A stretch of 64,000 nt of DNA. Source: Pseudomonas sp. Lineage in GTDB: Bacteria > Pseudomonadota > Gammaproteobacteria > Pseudomonadales > Pseudomonadaceae. Location of the stretch: NCBI RefSeq assembly GCF_050739655.1, contig NZ_JBOIBY010000175.1, positions 1,666 through 65,665 on the forward strand, written 5' to 3'. The notes beneath the pieces were generated by a model. The model made no database searches, was not told the DNA's origin, and worked only from the letters and a program-made list of their open reading frames with translations. Positions within the stretch are counted from its first letter, which is position 1, and the number at the start of each line of letters is the position of its first letter. The position numbers were made by a program, and so were the translations under genes. Positions 56,618 through 64,000 of this stretch are shown piece after piece.

Positions 56618-59319
56618 AAGACCTGACCCCCGATCAAACTCAGCTCTCTGCCAGTTGGGCCGCAGTTTATGAAGGCGCCGCTCAGGCGCTGGACTGGATT
56701 GGCCAGACGCGCGGCAATGCGCCGCGTCTGGACAGCGAAGCCGACAACCTGAACATCCGCCTGCATCGCGCCCGCAACCTGGCTCAAAGCCTCGGTCGCG
56801 TGGCCTGCACGCCGATGACCATTGGCTTTTTCGGCTTGTCCCAGGCCGGCAAGTCCTACCTGATTTCGGCCCTCGCCGCCGGTCAGAACGGCAAACTGGA
56901 AACCGAGTTCGGCAACCATCGCCTGGACTTCATCAAGCACATCAACCCGGTGGGTGGTGGCAAGGAAGCCACCGGCCTGGTAACGCGCTTCAGCCGTCGG
57001 GCGACAGAAAGTCAGGACAAGGACTTCCCGGTAGAACTCACGCTGTTCAAGGAAATCGAGCTGGCGAAGATTCTCGCCAACGCCTGGTTCAAGGATTTCG
57101 ACCTTGAGCGGATTTCCTACGAGATCGATGAGGAACGCATCCAGCGCGTACTCAAACCTTTCGAAGGCCGCGAAACCGGGCCGCTGCAAACGGGGGTCAA
57201 TGCCGACGATCTGGTGTCGCTGTGGGATTACCTGCGTGACAACTTCCGCAACTCGGTGAAGAAGCTTGAGCATCTGTACTGGCCCAAGGCGTTGCAACTG
57301 GCGCCACGCCTGAGTTTCCAGGAACGGGCCGAGCTGTTTTCGATCCTCTGGGGCGAGCAAAGCGAGTTGACGCGCGTGTACCAGCAACTTGCCGGCGCGC
57401 TGCACAAGCTGGGCCTGCCCGAGATCGTGTTCGCACCGTTGAAGGCCTTGGTGAGTTTCGAAAACGACACCTACAGCCAGCGCGACAGCATCATGAACGT
57501 CGACATCCTCGAACGCTTCGGCAGCCCGCTGGACTTGCCGATCGATGTTCGACCGCTGGTTGGCGATCGCCTGCAAAGCAGTCAGGCGATTGCGGTCGCG
57601 CAACTGGCTGCATTGACCGCCGAAATGACTTTCCGCCTGATCGAAGCGCCGGTGGATGACATCGTCAATCAGGTCGACCTGCTGGATTTCCCCGGTTATC
57701 GCGGGCGCCAGAAACTGCACGAGATCGCCGATTCCAATGACCCGCAATCCACCGCCAAGGACAACTCCGTTTCCCAGTTGATCCTGCGCGGCAAGGTCGC
57801 CTACCTGTTCGAACGCTACACCGACAACCAGGAAATGAACGCGCTGGTGGTCTGCACCGGCTCGACCAAGCAGAGTGACGTCAACGACGTGGGCCCGGTG
57901 CTCACCCGCTGGATCGAAAAGACCCAGGGCGCGGACTCGGCTGCTCGCAGCAAGCGCGATACCGGTCTGATATGGGCGCTGACCATGCTCGACCTGCGCA
58001 TTACCAACTCCCTGAGCCTGACCCCGGATCAGTACGACGAGAGCTGGAACGGCATGGTCAAGCTGACCATGCTGGAGCGCTTCGGCAGCTTGAGCTGGAT
58101 GAACGACTGGGCCGGCACACCATTCCAGAACACCTACCTGGTGCGCAAACCGCGCATGGACGCGGCGTTCATCGGACAAGACGCGAACGGTGCGGAAACC
58201 GGCCTCAATGCCATCTATCAGGAGCGTGTCAGCGCGCTGGGCGCCAGCTTCACCAGCAACGCCCTGGTGTGCAAACACGTCAAGAACCCGGCCAACGCCT
58301 GGGCAGAAATGCTGCGCAACGATGACGGTGGCATCAGCCACTTCAGCGGCAGTTTCAAAAGCGTGGCCAATATCGAATTCAAATTGCAGCGCATCCGCGA
58401 GCAATTGAGCGAATGCCTCGAAGGCCTGACCACTCACGGCCTGAGCACCTGGTACCACGCTGACGACGACGGCGCCGCAGCCGCCAAGAAAGCCAAGGCG
58501 CAAATGATTCTGACGGGGCTGGGCCGTCGTCCGGCTGTGCTCGGTGAGTTAATCGATCAACTCGACATGCCGAGCGAAGAGGTCCGCGACCTGTATCTCA
58601 GCGGCGTGTACGAAACCGATGACGAGCCGGCCGTGAACGACGAGCCGACCGCCCCGAGCCAGAGCCTGTACGGCAACGACGCCGGTTTCAATTTCGATTT
58701 CAGTGACGACCTGAGTCACGACGCGCCGGTCAGCAGCAAAACCGGCACCCCGGCACCCGAGCTGCAAAGCAACGAGCACCGTTTTGCCAAAGCGGCCTTC
58801 AAGGCCTGGATCGCACACCTGCGTGAACTGACCACCCGGCAAAGCCTGCTCAACCTGCTGGGGCTGGAAAAGGCCTTGCTGGAAGCGGTGGTCGATGAAC
58901 TGATCACCGCCGGCTATCGCCAGGACTTGCCGGGGCAACTGAGCCGCGCCGTCCTCAAGCGTGCACAAAGTGGTGCACGGCGCGATCAACTGGTCGAGCG
59001 CCAGGTACTGGAAGTGCAACGGGTGCTGCGCGATTTCGTGTCCTGGCTCGGCTACCTCCAGAAGCCGGTGAGCGAGCGCCCGAACAGCCGAGCCGGAGCC
59101 AAGGCACCTTTATTTTCGTTCTACGCCGACATTGGCCCGGGACAAGTGCCCGTGCTGCCGGCGCAACCGGCCAATCAGGCACAGCTATATCTCGGCGACT
59201 GGCTCTCGAGCCTGGCCTACATCACACAAGACAATGCCGGCCATGGTGCCGGACGCGAAATCACCCCTGAACAGAACGAACGGCTGGGCCAAGTGCTCAC
59301 AGCCTTCGCAGCGAGATAA
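56614..59319 (+). CDS. srfC: SrfC-family protein with P-loop GTPase motifs
   Basis: GLSQAGKSYL, EATGLVTRF, DLLDFPG, RGKVAYLFERY; overlaps the srfB stop. Confidence 0.9.
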   Translation: MKDLTPDQTQLSASWAAVYEGAAQALDWIGQTRGNAPRLDSEADNLNIRLHRARNLAQSLGRVACTPMTIGFFGLSQAGKSYLISALAAGQNGKLETEFGNHRLDFIKHINPVGGGKEATGLVTRFSRRATESQDKDFPVELTLFKEIELAKILANAWFKDFDLERISYEIDEERIQRVLKPFEGRETGPLQTGVNADDLVSLWDYLRDNFRNSVKKLEHLYWPKALQLAPRLSFQERAELFSILWGEQSELTRVYQQLAGALHKLGLPEIVFAPLKALVSFENDTYSQRDSIMNVDILERFGSPLDLPIDVRPLVGDRLQSSQAIAVAQLAALTAEMTFRLIEAPVDDIVNQVDLLDFPGYRGRQKLHEIADSNDPQSTAKDNSVSQLILRGKVAYLFERYTDNQEMNALVVCTGSTKQSDVNDVGPVLTRWIEKTQGADSAARSKRDTGLIWALTMLDLRITNSLSLTPDQYDESWNGMVKLTMLERFGSLSWMNDWAGTPFQNTYLVRKPRMDAAFIGQDANGAETGLNAIYQERVSALGASFTSNALVCKHVKNPANAWAEMLRNDDGGISHFSGSFKSVANIEFKLQRIREQLSECLEGLTTHGLSTWYHADDDGAAAAKKAKAQMILTGLGRRPAVLGELIDQLDMPSEEVRDLYLSGVYETDDEPAVNDEPTAPSQSLYGNDAGFNFDFSDDLSHDAPVSSKTGTPAPELQSNEHRFAKAAFKAWIAHLRELTTRQSLLNLLGLEKALLEAVVDELITAGYRQDLPGQLSRAVLKRAQSGARRDQLVERQVLEVQRVLRDFVSWLGYLQKPVSERPNSRAGAKAPLFSFYADIGPGQVPVLPAQPANQAQLYLGDWLSSLAYITQDNAGHGAGREITPEQNERLGQVLTAFAAR

Positions 59320-59322
59320 GCA

Positions 59323-60351
59323 ATGCCAATTCGTGTCGACCTGCTCCCGTTAGAGCCCAATGTGCCTGGCCAGGCCCGCCTCACCGTAAAGAAATGGCAG
59401 GGTGGCGGGGAACAGCTGGAGTTTTCCATTCAACGCAACCAGGACGGTTTTTACCTTCAGGACCACAAGGCCTGGAGCAGCAACCCATTCTGGTTCAAGG
59501 TCTCGCGTTTCAACCTCACTGCCAATGGCGAAGCTTTTGAAACGCAGGTCGGCCGTGAGGTGGTCGACCCGCTGCTGGAAGGTGGCGCCAACTCGCAATT
59601 CCAGATCGAACTGCGCGAACAGAGCCAAAGCTACGCCGACAAAGGCGTGGTGCGACCAGGCGTTGGCTTGCTGCCGTCCACGGCCGGCGGCCAGACGCGC
59701 TCGACCTACGGCGGCGCTGAACTGACGGCGCCGAGCGTACCGGCGCCGGAAATCCCGGAGATCCCGGACATGCCTGAACTGGTCTTGTCCACCGCCGAGC
59801 CCGAAGTGGAGTTGGAGTCGGTGCTCACCGAGCCCGCCTACACGCCGCCTCCCCCACCGATGAAAAAAAGCAACAAAGGTCTGGTTGGCCTGTTGATTGT
59901 CGTGTTGTTGCTGGCAGCGGGTGCCGGATTCTGGTTCTACAAGCGCACCCCGACGCCTGCCTCGGTGGCCACAGCCTCTGCCGCCGCACCAGCCGGCGCC
60001 GACGCTCAAGCCTGCACTCTCGAAAGCATGAACAGCCTGCCCGAGCTGACCTTCGTCCAGACCTGCATCAAGGCGGCACCCGACAGCGCCAAGTTGCTGG
60101 AGATTATCAACCAGGCTAAGGCCGGCAAACACTGCGGCGTCGCCCAACGTCTGTACGCCAACCGTGCCCAAGCCGGTGACGCATTGATCGCCAACGCTTA
60201 TGCCCGCGAATACGACCCTAAATACCTGAAGGCCAGCGAATGCTTCCCGGCTGCGGACAACGCCACCGCCGCCTACTGGTATGAAACCATCCTCACCCAG
60301 GACCCGAACAACGCCGAAGCCAAGCAGCGCTTCGAGGAGTTGCAGAAGTGA
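59323..60351 (+). CDS. Single-pass membrane protein (N-terminal domain, Pro-rich linker, C-terminal Sel1/TPR-like helices)
   Basis: PEIPEIPD/PPPPP linker, TM GLVGLLIVVLLLAAGAGFWFY, YANRAQAGD..A..YA.EYDP, AAYWYE. Confidence 0.75.
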   Translation: MPIRVDLLPLEPNVPGQARLTVKKWQGGGEQLEFSIQRNQDGFYLQDHKAWSSNPFWFKVSRFNLTANGEAFETQVGREVVDPLLEGGANSQFQIELREQSQSYADKGVVRPGVGLLPSTAGGQTRSTYGGAELTAPSVPAPEIPEIPDMPELVLSTAEPEVELESVLTEPAYTPPPPPMKKSNKGLVGLLIVVLLLAAGAGFWFYKRTPTPASVATASAAAPAGADAQACTLESMNSLPELTFVQTCIKAAPDSAKLLEIINQAKAGKHCGVAQRLYANRAQAGDALIANAYAREYDPKYLKASECFPAADNATAAYWYETILTQDPNNAEAKQRFEELQK

Positions 60352-62342
60352 TGCGTTCGCCCCTGAGTCGATTCCTGCTGAGCGGTGCCGCCTTGCTCGC
60401 GTTGTGCATCAGCCCGCTGTCCCAGGCTGCAGACAAACCGCTGATCCAGGCCGGTAAAAAGACCCTGTTCCAACGTGTGCTGACCACGCCCGGCTGCAAG
60501 ATCAGCCCGACAGCGGGCGGTACCGAAGGTGACGCACAACCGGTCTTTAGCCGCTTATATGTGTACGAGCGCGCCCAGGCAAACAACGCCGAGTGGCTGA
60601 AAGTCGGCCCCGACAGCTACGGCAAAACCATTGGTTGGCTGCCTGCCAGCTGTACCACCGACTGGAAGATGCAACTGACGCTGGCCTTCACCAACCCGGC
60701 CAACCGCGACCGGCTGCTGTTCTTCAAGGACCGCGCCACCGTCGAAGGCATCCTTGATGCGCCGGACCCGGTCAGCAAAGTCGCGCCGCTGCGGGCCGCG
60801 CTGAAAAAGGGCCAGCAAGCACCAGGCATTCTGGCTGAAGAACCGGAATACTTCGTCGACCTGCAAAAGCAGTTCTACCTGCTGCCGGTGCTCAGTGGCG
60901 AAGAAGTCATGACCGAAAGCGGTTTCCGCACGCGCCTGCTCAACGTCGCCTCCGTCAGCAAGCCGGATGACAAGAATGCCAAGGGTGGTGCTGCAAACAG
61001 CGCTGCCGGTGGTAAGGAAGCCGAAGATAAAAAGGCCAACCAGCTGAAGGAATTCAGTGCGGCCGTGGTGTTTGTCATCGACTCGACGATCTCGATGGAC
61101 CCCTACATCGACCGCACCCGCGAGGCGATCCGCAAGGTTTACCAGAAGATCGAAGCGCAGAATCTCGGCAAGCAAGTCAAGTTCGGCCTGGTGGCTTTCC
61201 GCTCCAACACCCAGGCGGTGCCGGGGCTGGAATACACCACCAAGATGTACGCTGACCCGACGCAGGTGAAAGACAGCGCCGACTTTTTCGCCAAGATCGC
61301 CGACCTCAAACAAGCCACCGTGTCGAGCAGCAGCTTCGATGAAGACTCGTTTGCGGGCGTCATGGAGAGCATCGACAAGGTTGACTGGAGCCAGTTCGGC
61401 GCGCGCTACGTGGTGCTGATCACCGATGCGGGCGCCATCGAAGGCGACGACAAGCTGTCGAAGACCGGTTTGAGCGCCGCACAGGTGCGTATCGAAGCCG
61501 CCAACCCAGGCGTGGCGATTTACACCTTGCACTTGAAAACCCCGGCCGGGGCCAAGGACCACGCCAAGGCCGAGGCGCAGTACAAGAACCTGTCGACCTA
61601 CCCGGGCACCAACACTTCGCTGTACTACCCGGTGAACGCTGGCGATGTGCAGGAATTCGGGCGCAAGGTTGACGCCTTGGCCGGGGCGATCACTGCACAA
61701 GTGAAAGCCGCCTACATGGGCGAAGATGCGATCGGCAGCGCGGCGAACGCCAAGCAGGACCCGGCCGAGAAGAAAATGCTCGAAGACGCGGCGCTGATCG
61801 GCCACGCCATGCAACTCGCCTATCTTGGCGAAAAGACCAACAGCAAGGCCCCGCCAGTGTTCAAGGCGTGGATCACCGACCGCGACCTGATCAAGCAAAA
61901 CATCCCGACCACCGATGTGCGGGTGCTGCTGACCAAGTCACAGCTCAGCGACTTGAGCGACGTGATGAAGCAGATTCTCGATGCCGCCAACGAAGGCCTG
62001 ATTTCCCCCACGGAAATGTTCGTTCGCCTGCGTTCTGTCGCGGCGACCATGGGTGCCGACCCCAATCAGCTCAAACAGAACACCAACGCCAAACTGGCGG
62101 ACATGGGCGTCCTGGGTGAATACCTCGAAGACCTGCCCTATCAGAGTGAAGTGCTGAACCTGGATGAAGAGACCTGGAAGAGCTGGGATGGTCTGGCCCA
62201 AGAAAAATTCATCCGCACGCTGAACACCAAACTGCGGCATTACCAGCGTTACAACGCCGATGTCGACCGTTGGGTAGCTTTAGCCAAAGACAGTGATGCG
62301 CGGGACAACGTCTACCCCGTGCCACTGGAAATGATGCCTTAA
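60348..62342 (+). CDS. Exported VWA-domain protein resembling the PpkA periplasmic region, without a kinase domain
   Basis: Signal peptide; PLIQAGKKTLFQRVL; MIDAS FVIDSTISM; LITDAG. Confidence 0.8.
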   Translation: MMRSPLSRFLLSGAALLALCISPLSQAADKPLIQAGKKTLFQRVLTTPGCKISPTAGGTEGDAQPVFSRLYVYERAQANNAEWLKVGPDSYGKTIGWLPASCTTDWKMQLTLAFTNPANRDRLLFFKDRATVEGILDAPDPVSKVAPLRAALKKGQQAPGILAEEPEYFVDLQKQFYLLPVLSGEEVMTESGFRTRLLNVASVSKPDDKNAKGGAANSAAGGKEAEDKKANQLKEFSAAVVFVIDSTISMDPYIDRTREAIRKVYQKIEAQNLGKQVKFGLVAFRSNTQAVPGLEYTTKMYADPTQVKDSADFFAKIADLKQATVSSSSFDEDSFAGVMESIDKVDWSQFGARYVVLITDAGAIEGDDKLSKTGLSAAQVRIEAANPGVAIYTLHLKTPAGAKDHAKAEAQYKNLSTYPGTNTSLYYPVNAGDVQEFGRKVDALAGAITAQVKAAYMGEDAIGSAANAKQDPAEKKMLEDAALIGHAMQLAYLGEKTNSKAPPVFKAWITDRDLIKQNIPTTDVRVLLTKSQLSDLSDVMKQILDAANEGLISPTEMFVRLRSVAATMGADPNQLKQNTNAKLADMGVLGEYLEDLPYQSEVLNLDEETWKSWDGLAQEKFIRTLNTKLRHYQRYNADVDRWVALAKDSDARDNVYPVPLEMMP

Positions 62343-62352
62343 CGAGACGCCG

Positions 62353-63054
62353 ATGCTTGATATCAAGAACCTGCTGGTGCGCCGTGGTGAAGGCGCACAA
62401 GCCCATCACGTGCGACTGCCGCACTTGCAGGTCGGCGCCGGAGAAATCCTCGCCATCACCGGCGAGAGTGGCAGCGGTAAAAGCACGTTGCTAGAAGCCA
62501 TCGGCCTGTTGCTCGCACCGCTGGAACTCGAGCGCTTTCGGCTGGGCCCGACGCACGCTCAGGATATCGCCCAACTGCTGGCGACTGACGACCAGCCTGC
62601 TCTTGCAGCGGTGCGTTCACGGCATCTGGGATTCATTTTACAGAGCGGCGGCTTGCTGCCGTTCCTGAGCGTGCGTGACAACATCAGTCTGCCGCGCCGT
62701 TTACTCGGAATGACGGCGAAGAGCGATCACATCGACCACGCCGTTGATGTGCTGCGCCTGCAAGGCTTGCTGGATAAACAACCTCAGGCCTTGTCGATTG
62801 GCGAACGCCAGCGCGTGGCCTGCGTTCGGGCAATTGCCCATGAACCGCTGCTGCTGTTGGCCGACGAGCCGACCGCCGCGCTCGACCCTATCAGTGCCCG
62901 GCGTTTGTTCGAGCTGCTGCTGAGCCTGGTGTCGAGCATGGGCCTGAGTGCACTCGTTGTATCCCATGACTGGGCCTTGCTGAAGGATTTCGGCTTGCCG
63001 CGACTCGGGGCTATCAGCCATCAGGGGGAGACTCTGTTTGAACCGATGGACTAA
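62353..63054 (+). CDS. ABC ATP-binding protein (TagT/LolD-like)
   Basis: GESGSGKST, QSGGLLPFL, LSIGERQR, LADEPTAALD. Confidence 0.88.
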   Translation: MLDIKNLLVRRGEGAQAHHVRLPHLQVGAGEILAITGESGSGKSTLLEAIGLLLAPLELERFRLGPTHAQDIAQLLATDDQPALAAVRSRHLGFILQSGGLLPFLSVRDNISLPRRLLGMTAKSDHIDHAVDVLRLQGLLDKQPQALSIGERQRVACVRAIAHEPLLLLADEPTAALDPISARRLFELLLSLVSSMGLSALVVSHDWALLKDFGLPRLGAISHQGETLFEPMD

Positions 63055-64000
63055 TCGCTTGCACCTGCTGGGCTCACTGGCGCTGCAAGACCTCTGGCAC
63101 GACCGCAAGGTCTCGCTTTGCATCGCCGCCTCCCTGGTGGCGGTGATCGCTCCGTTGTTGCTGCTGTTCGGGCTCAAACACGGGGTGGTCAGCCAGTTGC
63201 AGGACGAACTGCTGCGCGACCCACGCAACCTTGAAGTGAAGATGCTCAGCAACGGCAACTACGACACGGCCTGGATCGAGCGTTTGCGCCAGCGCCCCGA
63301 GACCGGTTTTGCCCTCGGCCAGACCCGCTCGCTCAATACCCAGGCTGACCTGCTGATCGGCATGCAACGGTTTGTCGAAGGTGCGGAAGTCATCGCCACC
63401 GAGCCGGGCGACCCACAACTGAACCTGGCGCCACTCAACCCCGTTGGCAATCAAGTGATCCTCAGCGCCACTGCAGCGCAACGCTTGCAAGCCAAGGCCG
63501 GCGACAGCGTGCAGATGCGGGCCTTGCGCCGCCTGGATGGGGTCAATGAACGCGGCGAGATGACGCTGACGGTACTGGCCGTGCTCGACGGTGCCCGTTT
63601 CGGTCGCGCTGCGGGGTTTGTCGCCCCGCCGCTGCTGCAGGATCTGGAGCGCTTTCGCGACGGTTATCAGGTCAGTGCATTCGGAGTTGCCACCGGCAAG
63701 CCTCAGGGTGATATGCAACCGCTGTATGCCCGCGCCCGCGTGTATGCGCGCGACATCGATCAGGTCGCGCCGCTGGAGCACTGGCTCAACGAGCAACACA
63801 TCGAAACCTCAAGCCGACTGGCCGACATCGACAACGTCAAAGCCATCAACCATGTGCTGGGGCTGATCTTCAGTGTGATCGCCATCGCGGCGCTGATCGG
63901 TTGCGTGGCGTCCATGGTCGGCGCGTTCATGGCCAACATCGACCGTAAACGCAAAAGCCTGGCGGTCCTGCGTCTGCTGGGTTTCAAACGCAGTGCCGTC
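63038..64000 (+). CDS. ABC permease (TagS/FtsX-MacB-like); 3' end outside window
   Basis: TTG start after GGGGGAG; MNRWTNRLHLLGSLALQDLWHDR..VIAPLLLLFGLKHG; ends in RKRKSLAVLRLLG (FtsX motif); absent from ORF track because it has no stop. Confidence 0.85.
   Translation, partial: MNRWTNRLHLLGSLALQDLWHDRKVSLCIAASLVAVIAPLLLLFGLKHGVVSQLQDELLRDPRNLEVKMLSNGNYDTAWIERLRQRPETGFALGQTRSLNTQADLLIGMQRFVEGAEVIATEPGDPQLNLAPLNPVGNQVILSATAAQRLQAKAGDSVQMRALRRLDGVNERGEMTLTVLAVLDGARFGRAAGFVAPPLLQDLERFRDGYQVSAFGVATGKPQGDMQPLYARARVYARDIDQVAPLEHWLNEQHIETSSRLADIDNVKAINHVLGLIFSVIAIAALIGCVASMVGAFMANIDRKRKSLAVLRLLGFKRSAV

Noticed and set aside
52222..61898. Long minus-strand ORFs (52222-53568, 56200-58503, 60555-61898; likewise 4057-5493)
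   Set aside because: Antisense shadows of high-GC genes with no recognisable motifs
59323..64000. Type VI secretion system cluster
   Set aside because: Only tag/PpkA-periplasmic-like genes are visible; no tss, hcp, vgrG or fha genes in the window, although sequence beyond 64000 cannot be seen

Overview
Pseudomonas (fluorescens-group-like) chromosomal window in three parts. (1) 1-13.66 kb is core genome: an ABC importer, two DUF1989 genes (carboxyguanidine deiminase-like), urea/guanidine carboxylase preceded by a guanidine-II riboswitch, allophanate hydrolase, a membrane GGDEF diguanylate cyclase, a CWC protein, an RsuA-family pseudouridine synthase, phaG and tRNA-Gly(CCC), with several REP/REPIN elements, one of them in-frame inside the carboxylase gene. 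(2) 13.62-50.70 kb is an apparently intact ~37 kb P2/phiCTX-like prophage integrated in tRNA-Gly and bounded by a 47-bp direct repeat. It has a cos site, full head/lysis/tail modules and a primase-helicase rather than a P2 gpA replicon. Its accessory elements include a C4 antisense RNA/antirepressor locus, a LexA-boxed small gene, a GNAT toxin with an unannotated 58-aa partner, Dam, a stand-alone copy of the repressor C-terminal domain, three genes with a shared hairpin+RBS leader and a low-GC HEPN-like moron. (3) 50.7-64 kb holds a broken second integrase and then a srfABC operon continuing into a TM protein, a kinase-less PpkA-like periplasmic VWA protein and TagT/TagS-like ABC genes. SrfB shows Hsp70/actin-fold ATPase motifs and SrfC dynamin-like GTPase motifs, making this the best candidate for an uncharacterised envelope-sensing/membrane-remodelling system. 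All family assignments come from motif recognition by eye; no searches were run.
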